A DNA stretch of 64,000 bases, from assembly GCF_006345805.1 (NCBI RefSeq), contig NC_043000.1, positions 23,808,001 through 23,872,000 of the forward strand, written 5' to 3'. The stretch is from Octopus sinensis. Lineage: Eukaryota. Below are positions 1 through 13,659 of this stretch, in pieces. The notes below the pieces were generated by a model that worked only from the letters and a program-made list of their open reading frames with translations, was not told the origin of the DNA and searched no databases. Position 1 is the stretch's first letter, and the number at the start of each line of letters is the position of its first letter. The position numbers and the translations under genes were made by a program.

Positions 1-2449
1 CATCATCGTTTAACGTCTGCTTTCCATGCTAGCATGGGTTGGATGGTTCGACTGGGGTCTGGGAAGCCAGGAGGCTGCACCCAGGCGCAGTCTGATCTGG
101 CAGTGTTTCTACAGCTGGATGCCCTTCCTAATGCCAACCACTCCATGAGTGTATTGGGTACTTTTTACATGCCACCGGCACAGGTGCCAGGCGAGGCTGG
201 CAACAGCCACAATCAGTTGGTGCTTTTTACGTGCCACTGGCACGGAAGCCAGTCGAGGTGGCACTGGCAGTGCCATGTTCAGATGGTTCTTTTATGTGCC
301 ACCAGCACTGGTATCACAACTACAATTTCCATTGATTTTTGAATGATTTTGATTGCTTCAACAGGTCTTCGAAGGTAGAAAAAGGCGGGTGGGTATGTGT
401 GCAAGAGTATAAGAGGAGAGATGGGTAGAGGTGAATATAAAGAATAGTGAACAAGAGTAGAGGTATGGTTGATGGTAAATAGGAGTTTGGGGGGAAAACG
501 TGATACAAAATAGAAATGGCTTAGGAGGGAGGAGAAGATAAGCAGCAGTATAGGATGGATAGAGAGCAGCTGAATAATAAAACTAGTTGATGAGAAATAG
601 GGAGGTGATGGGGTGGGGTGCTTAGTAGGTAAGGGAGGAGTGGGGGAGAGGGGTATAGTCAGGAATAGAGACCGGAGGTATGTAAGTGTGTAAGGGAGGC
701 GGGACAGAGTGTTAAGAATGAGATATGGCAGTCATAAGATGTGGCTTCAGGAGAAGAGAGATATAACTGGTGGCACAGAAGGGGTGTCATATCTTTGTGT
801 AATTTTGCTTTATAGTAAGTCTCTGCGACAATCCAAAAAAGAAAAAGACAGAACAAACATATTTGCCAAGTGTGACCCAAACCAACCAAAAAGAAAGCAG
901 ATATAAATAGGGGTAAAAAGTTAAAGTAAATTTTGTACTCTTAATTAATTTTTAAGATAATTTTTACATGTCATGCTTGAGAAAAAGATCCATGATGCTG
1001 AACAAAATCACAGTCATGGCAGATACTGGTGTCACCCATAACACTCTCAGAGTGGCTGGTGTTAGGAAGGGTATCCAGCCATAGAAAACCATGCCAAATC
1101 AAACTGGAGTCTGGTGCAACCTTCCAGCTTACCAGCCCTAGTCAAACTGTCCAACCCATGCCAGTATATACAACAGACATTAAATGATGATGATGATTTA
1201 AATATTTTTGTTATGGAAACATATTAAGCTACGAGTATACATATAAAAATTAAGTACAGGTGTATTCATAAAACTAAGCTAATACATTTACTTGAATTCT
1301 TGCTAATCCAGTGGCAAATATCTAATATATAGTTCAAAGTGAGTTTTTATAGTAAAGGGAGAGTTAATAATAAAAAATAATAAACCACTGAGATTAAATT
1401 ATTAGAGTAGTACAATGGCTTTGAGGTTAACGTAGTGGATTACAAATCATATATTGATATCAGTTCCAACATTGCAGCTATTATCTTGTTCATTTGGGCT
1501 TTACAGATGAGTTTTCTTCCATCAATCTACCTACCCAACACACTAGTACTATTTAACAGTTGAATGCATTTAGTTATAAAATTACTTGTTACTTGTTCCA
1601 ACCAACAATATAGACAAGTCTGAATTTTTGAAACTTTTTCCACCCAAGTTAGGTAAAAGTAATGCAAACAGTAAAAAGTTCTTTAGTATACATTTAATAC
1701 CATATTGGTTGTAGATGCTGACCAAAGAATGACCTTTTCATATCTCATCTCTAGCAGAGAACTGCATGCTTGTAAAAACACTTGACTGTCTCTAACTCTG
1801 TACATATGGATGTAAATAGTTCATTAATTGGGAGACATAGGTCAGCTCTAGGTAGTATAGGTAATCAGTGTTTCGATAGCTTGTTAAAATGGGATGTTGG
1901 GAGGGAGAAGGATAGATAACACACACCAACAGAATGACACCCAGATAAATTCCTTGTACAAAGATTCAAATATATTTTTAAAGAGTCTTTTCAGTAATTT
2001 AATGTTTAAAAAAATATTGAATTAAATAGTAATAGTAAAATATTCATATATATTTTGACTTTTTGGACATCTAAGAAAATGTAGTAAAATATTAAATTAA
2101 ATGTTTGGATAAGATGCAGAGCTTTCAGTATTCATATCATTTTACAACTTAAAGCTGTCGATTACATCTAATGATTTGATGTCATACCAGATCTATTTGT
2201 TAATAATAAATATGTAGCTGAAATGAAGTTATTATGTGATCCATTTAATAAAGGTTTTAAACTCTGACCTTCTCAGATACTTTGATAAGGAGTCAGGAAG
2301 AATTAAATGAAACTTACTAAGTATATAGTGGATTGTTATCACATTTGTCATCATTATCTTTATTTTTATGTCCATATTTACAAACGAATCCTTTGTCTTC
2401 GTCTTTATGTCAGATATTTGTTGCATTGTTTGATTTTTGTTTTTTTCAG

Positions 2450-2516
2450 TTACATGCTTTGTGCTGACTTCGAGAGTTACATCAAAGCCCAAGCAAAAGT
2501 AGAGGACGTTTTCAAG
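2450..2516 (+). CDS. PYG: Glycogen phosphorylase, penultimate coding exon (67 nt)
   Basis: Polypyrimidine tract and AG acceptor (ttttttcag, AG at 2448-2449), GT donor at 2517 (AAG|gtgaga). Translates as (t) YMLCADFESYIKAQAKVEDVFK, aligning with the metazoan phosphorylase segment [22 protein letters not shown]; it splices in frame to the 4148 exon. Earlier exons lie upstream of the window. Confidence 0.93.
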
Positions 2517-2989
2517 GTGAGAAAATAAGACTTTTTATATTTCTGTCATTTGAACACATTCACTGTTGTTTTACTTATTTATTTTGTGGTGTGCAAGAGA
2601 GACAACTGTGCTGGTATGGCCAGGTGGTGAGAATGGATGTGGATAGCTGTGTGAAAATGTGCCACACCCTAGTGGTTGAGGGAACCTGTGAAAGAGGTAG
2701 ACCCAGGAAGACCTGGAATGAGGTGGTGAAGCATGACCTTCGACATTGGGCCTTACCAAGGCAATGACTAGTGACCTTTGGAAATATGCTGTGCTTGAGA
2801 AGACTCGGCAAGCCAAGTGAGACCATAACCTCGTGGCCTATGCCAGGGGTGTAACCAGCCCACTTATGCATACCTTTCCTTCATTGGACACTAAACTCTA
2901 CTTGTGAAGACCTGTTGAGGCAAGTCAATTCGAATTGAAATCAAATTCGATGACTGGCATCCATGCTAGTGGAGCGCTAAGAGCACCAT

Positions 2990-3402
2990 CCAAGCGTGAT
3001 CTTTACCAGAACAACAAACTGGCTTCCGCACCGGTGGCACGTAAAAAGCACCATTCGAGCGTGATCATTACCTGCATTGCCTTACTGGCACTTCTGCCGG
3101 TGGCATGTGAAAAAACATTAAAGCGAGGTCGTTGCCAGTGCCGCTGGACTAGTTCCTGTGCAGGTGGCACATAAAAAGCACCATTTGAGTGTGGCCGTTG
3201 CCAGTACCACCTGACTGGACCCTCGTGCCAGTGGCACATAAAGGCACCCACTACACTCTCGGAGTGGTTGGCGTTATGTAGGGCATCCAGCTGTAGAAAC
3301 TCTGCCAGATCAGCTTGGAGCCTGGTGCAGCCATCTGGTTCACTAGACCTCAGTCAAATCGTCAAACCCATGCTAGCATGGAACGCAGACGTTAAATGAT
3401 GG

Positions 3403-3432
<30 letters not shown>
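2990..3432 (+). mobile_element. Abundant retroposon with GTGGCACGTAAAAAGCAC subrepeats and (GAT)n tail (representative copy)
   Basis: Shared 3' end ...GGCATCCAGCTGTAGAAAC...CATGCTAGCATGGAA.GC.GACGTTAAA.GATGATG. Other copies at 1-340 (-), 1020-1197, 3915-4053, 11080-11315, 21760-22100 (-), 22260-22598, 46980-47255, 48702-49055 (-), 61217-61495 (-), 63750-64000 (-). Confidence 0.85.
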
Positions 3433-3433
<1 letters not shown>

Positions 3434-4147
3434 AATTGTAAATAGTTTATTCTTCAGTTCGCGTATTTTCAGCAAATATTACCATTTAGAGATCACTACA
3501 TCTAGGATTTGACAAAATTTGAGAGTTATTATAGTTGCTTGACCTGCCAGTATGTCTACCAGCTCTCTCGACAGTTTCACTAATATCTTCAAAATTTAAG
3601 CGATAACCCTGTTCAGTAATGCTGTTATTTAACTGAGAGAGAAACTGCCTGATAACCAGTGATAGAGGTTGGGTTGGATAATCCAGTTCAGGCTAGTTAT
3701 AGATATATTCCACTCCAATAAATAGATATTCTTAATAATTGTGGCCTATAATTTGAGACCATGTGCTGAAAAACTATGTTAAGGGTACACGTGTCTGTGG
3801 AGTGCTCAACCACTTGCACATTAATTTCACAGGCAGGCTGTTCTGTTGATCGGATCAACTGGAACCCTCGTCATCATAACTGATGGAGTGCCACAAATGA
3901 GACATAAACCATGGCGTTTGGAAGAGCATCCAGCTGTAGAAACTCTGCCAGATCAAGATTGAAGCCTGGTGCAGCCATCTGGTTCGCCAGCCCTCAGTCA
4001 CACGTCCAAACCATGCTAGCATGGAAAGCGGACGTTAAACGATGATGATGATGAAAAAACAATTACGACCAAAATAATATCCAAGATTTTCTGTTTTTTA
4101 AGAATCTGTTTGAAACTCATGTATATCTTTTTTTTCCCCTTCCACAG

Positions 4148-4321
4148 AATGCTAATGAATGGGCCAAAAAATGTGTTTACAACATTGCTGCTTCTGGCAA
4201 ATTCTCCAGCGATCGCACAATCAGTGAGTATGCTCGTCAGATTTGGGGTGTGGAGCCATCAGATATTAAACTTCCACCACCTGGTGAAGGTGAACAGCAA
4301 GGTGAAGAGGAGGAGGATTAA
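4148..4321 (+). CDS. PYG: Glycogen phosphorylase, last coding exon
   Basis: Acceptor ttccacag|; phase-0 translation [57 protein letters not shown] (TAA 4319-4321). Contains the diagnostic C-terminal [24 protein letters not shown] motif. Missed by the ORF track because that frame has no start codon. Confidence 0.96.
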   Translation, partial: NANEWAKKCVYNIAASGKFSSDRTISEYARQIWGVEPSDIKLPPPGEGEQQGEEEED

Positions 4322-4501
4322 GCAGGCAATTCAATAAGTTGCAATGCTGTTCTGTTATCTTGTTGGTATTTGACATATAATACTATGAACTTTGTTAAAT
4401 TTTACTAGCAACTCTATTTAAAAGATTTACTATATTCTCACACTTAAATCATGATATTGTTTAGCAGATTTTTCCAACATGTCCCACTTGTATTAGCCTA
4501 T

Positions 4502-4788
4502 AATAAAAATAACTTCTTTTCTCCCACCCTTAGCTTCAAACTTTTATTATCTATGAGGAATTTTTATATTTTGCCAGTTATTAGTTTTCTCCTACATCTC
4601 AATTCTTCTCTTGTTGAAATATTCTGAAAATATGTACGACATACTACTCTTATTTTCTCACTCTGACAGCTCTGTAACATAAACTGAAAGTGTAGTCAAT
4701 CTGCTTTAAAAATCAATATTCTTTAATGATAAAACAATTTATGCATTGTGGAATTTAATTGAATCCATTTCTGAAATTAAAGAATAAA
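4502..4788 (+). terminator. Candidate polyadenylation signals of glycogen phosphorylase (AATAAA at 4502-4507 and 4783-4788)
   Basis: AATAAA hexamers ~180 and ~460 nt after the stop; the second is followed by a T-rich tract. Usage cannot be determined from sequence. Confidence 0.4.
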
Positions 4789-5539
4789 TTTTGGAAGTTA
4801 TTCGCTTTTCTTGTAATTTTTATATTTCTCATCATTGTTTTAATGTCCACATTTGCATGTTTCCTGTTGCCAGCCGTCACCTATTTCTGAGTAAAGTAAT
4901 ACTTCCCCATGACCAAACATGTCTTTATGGAAAACTGGAAACAATGGATACCACTTGTATGACAGTGACACTTATAACTATCAAATAGACAGTAACACAC
5001 AAACACATGCATGCACGCACACACACACACACACATACACACGTATGTCCAGCGTCTTCCAGTTTCTGTCTACCAAATCCAATCACAAGGCTTTGGTCAG
5101 CTCAGAGCTATAATAGAAAACACTTGCCTAAAGTGTTGTGCCAAGGGACTGAACCTGAACCCATGTGACTGGGAAACAAATTTCTTACCATATTTGGCCA
5201 GATTTGGACATACGACAATTTAACATAATAGCAGGAAGCACCAGGTGGACTACATGCTAGTCAAGTCTTGCTGCTACAATGTATAGGATTTCAGCATCTT
5301 TTCAGATACTGACGTCACAAATAGCCTGTAGGCTTATTAAAAATTAATTCTCAACAACAGAAGCAGTATTAATACCAAAAGGCAATTTTTATATCCAACT
5401 AAACATGGATCATATTTAATGTATGTACTCTATTGAATGGCCACTTACTGTGGTATTCATCCTGAGATATGAGTACACATTATTAAAAAGGCCAAAATGT
5501 AATTAGCATTCTCACTGGCCATTGCTGGGGCGATTCTTT

Positions 5540-6270
5540 GTCTCTCTTCAATACTTAGTTTTTAATACATGTCCATAAGACATCTTCTGACACCTGATCA
5601 AAAAGCACACCAGGTTGATTACATAATGAGAAAATCTGATATTGTTTGAAGCAGATCCAGCTGGTTTTCTTGAATGTTTCCTCAGCCAAAATGAATGTTG
5701 GCTTCATCACTTTGAGCCAGAGGCAGAGACAGTTCGTGCTGTGAAAAAAACCCTCTCCTCTCCGGCTCCAAAGAAGGCCAAGTTGTTTCATCTGCAGGGA
5801 AAGTGGTGGCCTCAGCTTTTTTGAATACAAAAACATTGTGTTTATTGATTTCTTCAAATGGGCCACACCATCAATTGAGAGTAATATGCCAACTTATTGA
5901 GGCGGTTATGAAAGGCTATCAAGACAAAATGCCCAAGAAAACTGACAAAAGGGGTCTTGTTTCATCAGGACAATGCTCCAGCACAAGTCCTTATTTTTAT
6001 TGGTTGCTGTTCATGGTTGTGGCTTTGCGCTGGTTGATCACCCTCCCTATTCTCCTGACTTGGCTCCATCTGACTGTTCCCCAACATAAAAAAACACTTG
6101 GCCAGGAACCAGTATTGCAGTGATGATGGCATTATATCTGTTATTGGTGACTTTTTTTGAGCAACACGATGAAAGCTTCTTCACCAATGGAATCTAAGCA
6201 CTGCAACACCGATGGGAAAAGTGTGTGAACCACAAAGGTCTATGTTGAAAAATAAACTTCATTTGGTCAC
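5540..6270 (+). mobile_element. Decayed mariner transposase remnant
   Basis: Frameshifted motifs (NEC)WLHHFEPE, SSPAPKKAK, SAGKVVAS, FHQDNAPAH, HPPYSPDLAPSD, typical of DD34D mariner transposases. Confidence 0.88.
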
Positions 6271-6812
6271 AACCCTTGTAATGTTTTATGTTTTCTAAAC
6301 TGAATACAACAATATCTCAAGAGATGAAGTTCTAGATCAGTAAACAGAAAAAAAAGAAAGAGGAAACGAGACAGAAACTCTTTAAAAAAATGGTAAGAAT
6401 AAACACTAAATTACATAGATAAGTTATTTGAATTTCTAAGCTCTCCTTCCATTTCATATGCTAGCTAATTGAGGTTATATACAGTTCCATATTTGAATGC
6501 AATCTCTAGAATAAGAATAGAAAAGAAAAAAACAAAGTATTATTTGCTTGCATCAAGAAAAGTGAATACAGAAAAATTAACAAGTGAAGTAATATTAAGT
6601 GTCAATGAGAAGAGCCAGTTGATATCATGAAGGAACAAAGAGAGTTTCACTGAAAGATGTTTATTTAAGTATATGGTAACTCTGTTGCTAATTATAAAAC
6701 AAAAACAGAAAAAGTAGGGTGACATTTGATTCATTGCCATCACAATAATTCAAGCTTCAAATTGATGTTTTAAGGTTATAGACTCCGACTCAGTCTTTTA
6801 GATCAAGGAGTA

Positions 6813-7048
6813 TAGGATGTTCAAAAAGTCTCTCCGCAGTAAATTTTTTTCATCCTGCGCATCGCCATGGTGCTACTTCAAGAGTTTTTCAGTAAATGGA
6901 TTATTTCAAAGGGACTTTGGCGACCAAGATCACCTGATTTAACACTGCCAGACTTTTTTTTTTCTGGGGAGCAAGTAAAGGATCAGTGTACAAGAATCAC
7001 CTGAAAACCATTAAGTACTTACTGCGGAGAGACTTTCTGAACACCCTG
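6813..7048 (+). mobile_element. Internally deleted Tc1/mariner-superfamily element (MITE)
   Basis: ~28-bp TIRs (taggatgttcaaaaagtctctccgcagt / actgcggagagactttctgaacaccctg), TA on the left; interior encodes a WxPRSPDLTxPDFF-like transposase motif. Confidence 0.8.
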
Positions 7049-10000
7049 CATATACATTGATGTCATAGTTTTTGTCATTATTGTATCCTAATGTAAAAGA
7101 GTTAAAGTGGTAAGCTGGAAGAACCATTGACATACTAGACATGCTTTACATTTCTAGCAACTTTTTACATTCTGAATTCAAATTCTGCTGATAAAATAAA
7201 GTACCAGCCAAGTATTTGATTATGAGACAGACACGCTACTGAGGCCAATAACTGATGATAATCTTTTCTACTGGAAGTACAAGGCCTCAAATCTGGTACT
7301 TAATTTATCGACCCCGAAAGGATGAAAGGCAAAGTCGACCTCGGCGGAATTTGAACTCAGAACGTAGCGGCAGACAAAATACCGCAAAGCATTTCACCCA
7401 GCATGCTAATGATTCCGCCAGCTCACTGCCTTAGTGCCAGTCAAGTTCTGAAGTTAATGTAATCAACTTGCCCTTAGCCTAAAATTGCTGGCCTTGTGCC
7501 AAAATTAGTAAGGCAGTGAGTTGGCAAAATTATTAGAACGTTAGACAGAATGTTTAGCAGCATTTCATCCAACTCTTCACATTCTGAGTTCAAATTCTGC
7601 CAAGGTTGATTTGCCTTTTAATCTTTTGGAGTCAATAAAATAATACCAGTTGAGCACTGAGGTCAATTTAATCAACTTTGCCCCTTGCCCTAATATTATG
7701 GACTTTGGGCCAAAATTTGAAACCATTGTTATGGGAAGAATATGAATTCATACTCTTCGTTTCCGACACACTCCAACTTTTGGTCCATAGACCTGCAGTT
7801 TCAATGCTCTACTTATATTGCCACTGCCACTACAACAGTTATCTCTACTACTACTACAACAGTGATCTCCACTCCTTGGAGCTGGAAGGTCCTCTCCACC
7901 TCCACTCAGACCTTCCTAACTCATTCATCTCTCCTGTTATGGTTGTATGTAATTGGTAAGAAGTTTGGATAAGGCTGCATGTGGCAGTTGCTCAAATGTA
8001 TTAAAATGAATTCACAAAGAAAAAATTGCTTACACTTATAGATTTTTCTCACCTTTTACAAAGTTTTTTTCGCTATGACAAGTTAGAAGTAAATCCAGAT
8101 GTTTGTTTTCATTGAGAATCTCTAGGCATTAAGCTTGTAACAGTTATTTTTATGTGGAAAAAGGAAGGCAACAGTGCAAGGTTCACACACAACTTAGTGC
8201 ATCGTCATCAGCAGCAGCAACAGCATTGTTTAACGTCTGCCTTCCCTGCTGGCATGGGTGGGATGGTTTGACAGGATCTGGCCAGGCAGAAACCTGCACC
8301 AGGCTTTTGTGACTGTTTTGGCAGGATTTTTACAGCTGCATGTGTATGTAAACTAGACCTCAGTGAAGGTGATAAAATGTGACAAAAGTAGATTGTCTAA
8401 AAGTGAATAAAGAACAGGTATTTTTTTCACAGGTACCACATTTATTTTTGTCCTAAAGATAAACCAGGTCAATAGCAATCTAAACTGAATTCTGTATGAC
8501 CTTATATGGTGGGAAATTTGACCGGTGACCTACTAATTTTTTTTATTCTTTTACTAGTTTCAGTCATTTGACTGTGGCCATGCTGGAGCACCACCTTTAG
8601 TCGAGCAAATCAACCCCAGGACTTATTCTTTGTAAACCTAGTACTTATTCTATTGGTCTCTTTTACCAAACCACCAAGTTATGGGGATGTAAACACACCA
8701 GCCTCAGTTGTCAAGCGATGTTGGGGGGACAAACACAAACACATAAACATATACACACATGTACATATATATATATACATATATATGACAGGCTTCTTTC
8801 AGTTTCTGTCTATCAAATCCACTCACAAGGCTTTAGTCGGCCCAAGGCTATAGTAGAAGACACTTGCTCAAGGTGCCACACAGTGGGAATGAACCTGGAA
8901 CCATGTGGTTGGTAAGCAAGCTACTTACCACAAAGCCACTCCTACGCCTATAATAAATTCCAAATGTAAATCCTGAGAACAATAGAAACTAACACGAAAA
9001 CTGATGTTTCAATAATTAGTTACAAATTCAGTGGGTATCTCTTACTTTTCTTTTTATGTCAGCCATATTGTGTGCCCACCCAAATCCAGCATTTACCATT
9101 TTTTCTAAGTCATACCTCCCAGAACACCTTAGTCTTAGTTCCTCTCATACAGTTCTCCTGAACAATGGGTAGCAAGACATCTCCAATAATCCTGGTTTTG
9201 AGTATTGTTGCCTGCTTCTTCCCCGGTCATGCTAAGTTACTTCAGGTCTTTGAGGTAGCATGTCATGTCTTCTTGGGCCTCCTTTGTTTTCTTCGTCCCT
9301 CTGGTGGTACCCATTGTTTGGCTCTCTTGGACCTTCATTACTCTGCATGAAAGGATGAAAGGCAAAGTCGACCTCGGCGGGATTTGCACTCAGAACATAA
9401 TGGCAGATAAAATACAGCTACACATTTCATCCGGTGTGCTAACATTTCTGCCAGCTTGCCACCTTTTCACTACAATTTCCTGTATGCTATGCAAATTGGT
9501 TTGGTCCCTGAAGGTGATCTTGAGTAATCTGCACAGACAGTCTATGGAATGCATTCAACTTTTGAGTGGTTTGGCAGTCATTTTCTAAGTTTGTTCTGCA
9601 TAGACTGTTGTTGGCAGAACAGTGCTCTGGTACAGTAGGATCTTCATAGAGTTGCCAACCAAATACTATCTTTCTGGAATTTCCTCCCAACCCATGGTTT
9701 CCTTTGAAACTATTAACATGCAGCTGTTCATGAGGAACATCATCTGTATTAGTATCCCTGGTGTTGTAGGGTCTGCAGAGGACAGGGTACAGATATTTCG
9801 ACCAGGCCAAACTATTTAAGAAAAGAAAAAATAATTGTGTTGGACATCTAAAGAAATTTCTACCATAAATTCAGAGAGCTGCTGGCTAAATACTGACGGG
9901 CAGATTTTCCAGTTCATTCAGTTATACACAGCTGGTTCTTTCATCTTTGGTTAACAACATAGACACAGTTTTTATATCTCATAAAGTCTACAGAAAAAAT

Positions 10001-12930
10001 GACACAAATTCAAAAAATATACTAACTGCAAGACATAATCTGCAGATGCTGTTGTTGTTGTTGGCAGTGGTGGTGATGTTCCAAGTTAGGTTAGACATAA
10101 AACACACAGGATATTAGCTAAATAACAAGGTGAAACCCAAAGATCCATTGTTTCAGACACATGAAGCTTCTTCCAAGGTAAGCATCATAAAGTGCACATT
10201 TGAATGCTTGCTATGGTTTTATTTCATGAGGTACATTGAGACACTTCAGAAACATCCTCTCTCACTCCGTTATCCAATTTATTTCTTTACACTTCTACTT
10301 TCTAATTTCTTTATTGCCCACAAGGGGCTAAACATAGAGGGGACAAACAAAGGGATTAAATCGATTAGATCGACCCCAGTGCATAACTAGTATTTAATTT
10401 ATCGACTCCGGAAAGATAAAAGGCAAAGTCGACCTTGGCAGAATTTGAACTCAGAACATAACAGCAGACGAAATACCTATTTCTTTACTACCCACAAGGG
10501 GCTAAACACAGAGGGGACAAACAAAGACAGACAAATAGATTAAGTCGATTACATCGACTCCAGTGCGTAACTGGTACTTAATTTATCAACCCCAAAATGA
10601 TGAAAGGCAAAGTCGACCTCGGCGGAATTTGAACTCAGAACGTAGCGGCAGAGCAAATATGGCTATGCATTTTGCCCAGCGTGCTAACGTTTCTGCTAGC
10701 TCACTGCCTTCTACTTTCTGGTTAGTGTCACAACAAAAGCAAACAGGGTTGATTTAGTCAGAGTTAAACTGTTGCTGGTTCTTCTGCTCTTATCAATGAT
10801 GTGAATCCCAAGCACTATGTTTGGAACTAACAAGACTATTGATATTGCTGCTACTTTTGAGTGTATTTGTTTCCTGTGGTCGCCTGGTTTGAGAGAATTG
10901 GTTTTAGAATAGTGCTATAGTTGTATTGATGTAATACTGAAGTAGTATTCTGCAATAGTGTAAATACCTCTAGATGGTTGTTGCAGCAACAAACTGTGTT
11001 CCTTCTATGTTCATGTTGGTCTGTTTTGCGTTCTTTGTAATGCATTGAAAAGAGATTGAGAGTCAATGATGGATCTGCATGCAGGTGGCACATAAAAAGC
11101 ACCATTTGAGCATGGCCATTGCCAGTACCACCAAACTGGCTCTCGTGCCAGTGGCACATAAAAGCACCAACTACACCCTCGGAGTGGTTGGTGTTAGGAA
11201 GGGCATCCAGCTGTAGAAACTCTGCCAGATCAGATTGGAGTATGATGCAGCCATCTGGGTCGCCAGACCTCAGTCAAATCGTCCAACACATGCTAAACGA
11301 TGATGATGATGATGACCATCATCATTTAATATCTGTTTTCTATACTGGTATGGGCTGGGCAGTTTGACAGGATCAGGCAATCCACAGAGCTGCATCAAAC
11401 ACCAATGTCAACTTTGATTTGGTTTCTACAGCTGGATGCTCTTTACAGTCTTTACTGTGCTTTTTTTTTTGCCACCAACAACAGTGAAGTTGCCAAATTA
11501 ATTGCAAGACAAGAAAAAGAACAGGGAAAAAGTAAAAACTCTTGCTAAGTGTGTGTATGGGGGCATTTGAGAAGGGAAGATGGCTTTATGCCAGATATTG
11601 TTTACAATACTGTTGTTTGTCTAATGTGTTGCCTTTGACTGTTCTGAATGGATGCACTGAATGTAACTTCTAGTATTTTTGTCATCTGGGTGTGTGTGTG
11701 ACATGTCTTCTCCGATGCCATTGGTAATAAGGGTGATGATGTATTTGATATAAACTATTTGAAGCCAGCTTCCTAGGTGATCAATATTGAAGGAGTTTAT
11801 GCAACTGTATCTAGACAATGGTGAAAGATGGAATCTGCATATAAAGTTGTGTGCATGCTTAGTGAAGGTATGGGAAGGTTTTGTAGATATAGCTAGAAGA
11901 AAGTGGTCAGGAGATCAGATCCTTGAGGTATTCAATATGAAAATCCAAATATGTTTCGTATACTGCATAGGTTTTAGTGACCTCAGAGATTGTTTGATAG
12001 CCACAGACTTGTGATGTTTACTGAGTTATTGAGTATTTGCTGATGGTCTTGCTATTGAGGATTGCTCAATTGAGTTTTGTTGTTCTTATAGCTATTATCT
12101 ATTTGTGTGTAAGTGGAAGTGCAATGGCCCAGTGGTTAGGGCAGCAGAGATTGCAGTTTCAATTCCCAGACCAGATGTTGTCAGTGTTTATTGAGCGAAA
12201 ACATCTAAAGCTCCATGAGGCTCTGGCAGGGAGTGGTGGCAAACCCTGTTGTATTCTTTCACCACAACTTTCTCTCACTCTTTCTTCCTGTTTCTGTTGT
12301 ACCTGTATTTCAAAGGGCCAGCCTAATCACACACTGCATCATGCTGAATCTTCCCAAGAACTACATTAAGGGTACACACATCTGTGGAGTGCTCAACCAC
12401 TTACACGTTAATTTCAAGAGCAGGCTGTTCCATTGATCAGATCAACTGGAACCCATGTCATCATAACCAACGGAGTGCCACGATTTGTGCGTAAAGTTAG
12501 GAAGTAGTGTGGTTGTTGAGTGTAGTGGTGTGAATCAGTGTTATAGGCTGGTGAGGGAAATGTATGACTGTAATGTCAACAAGGAGACAGGCTGGAATTT
12601 TGTTATTTTAACATAGCAGGATGAATGGTAAGCAATATTATAATTGGGTGGTGATGATGACAATGACAACATAATACCAAAGTTTCAGTTAACCAAATCC
12701 ACTCACAAGCTTTCGGTAGGCCTGAAGCTATTGTAGAAGACACTATCTCAAGGTACCATGAAGTGGGATTGGACCAGACTTTATTGAAAGAACAGTCAAT
12801 GACCATATTTGGAAAAGTGCATATGTTGAGGTAAGTATTGTGTTTCTAAGTTGCAGGAAAGAGCTGAGACATGATAGTGCTTAGGTGCATCACAACTCTG
12901 GAAAAAAGGGGTAAAAGAAGGGACAGAAAG

Positions 12931-13428
12931 TATCGTAAATCCTTGAGTATAATATGCAAGGGATTTTTAGGGGGCTGTACCTCTGAAAAACCTAAACCTT
13001 GTGTATAATACGCACCCCTTCTCTAACTTGAGTCAAGGAGGTCTATATAATGTCCTTGGTTTGTAAAAATGTATATGGTAACGTCCTTTATTATTATTGT
13101 ATATATAACATAATGCAAACGTGTAGCTTCTTGCATATTTTGTTAGCAGAAAATGAAGAAATAACAGTAATAACGTTTAATAAATGTTGCTTACTGCAAG
13201 TTATGGATGATTCTTTTATGACTTCATTGCTTTCAGGCTTAGCTTAAGGTATTTTTGTGCCCGACATCACAAAATGCATCTGAATAAACATTGCCGGACA
13301 CCAAATAGAGACTTGGACATTGCTTAGAAAATGATTTTCATTTTTAACCTTGTATATAGAATGCACTAGGGATTTTGACCTTTAAATTTTGGGAAAAAAA
13401 TGCAGATTATACTTGGGGATTTACGGTA
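12931..13428. mobile_element. Non-autonomous pogo/Tigger-like MITE (partial second copy at ~15346-15680)
   Basis: TIRs tatcgtaaatccttgagtataa ... ttatacttggggatttacggta with TA ends; internal sequence shared with 15346-15680. Confidence 0.72.
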
Positions 13429-13659
13429 ATCATAAATAATGCAGTATTCTGTGTTCCAACACAACATCAAAATATTACCTTTTGGTATTGATACTGCTTC
13501 TGTCATTATTAATTATCATTCCCATCATAGGAAACCAATAAAAAAGACAAACAATATTCTAACAATAAAAAATAAGAATAAAATAAAGATTTAGTAAAGA
13601 ACAAACACAGATTACAAATGTAAGTGCATATATTTAATGAGTTTAATCATGAAATTACA

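Noticed and set aside
4110-4337. ORF-track 75-aa protein
   Set aside because: Wrong frame; the region is the last glycogen phosphorylase exon in another frame.
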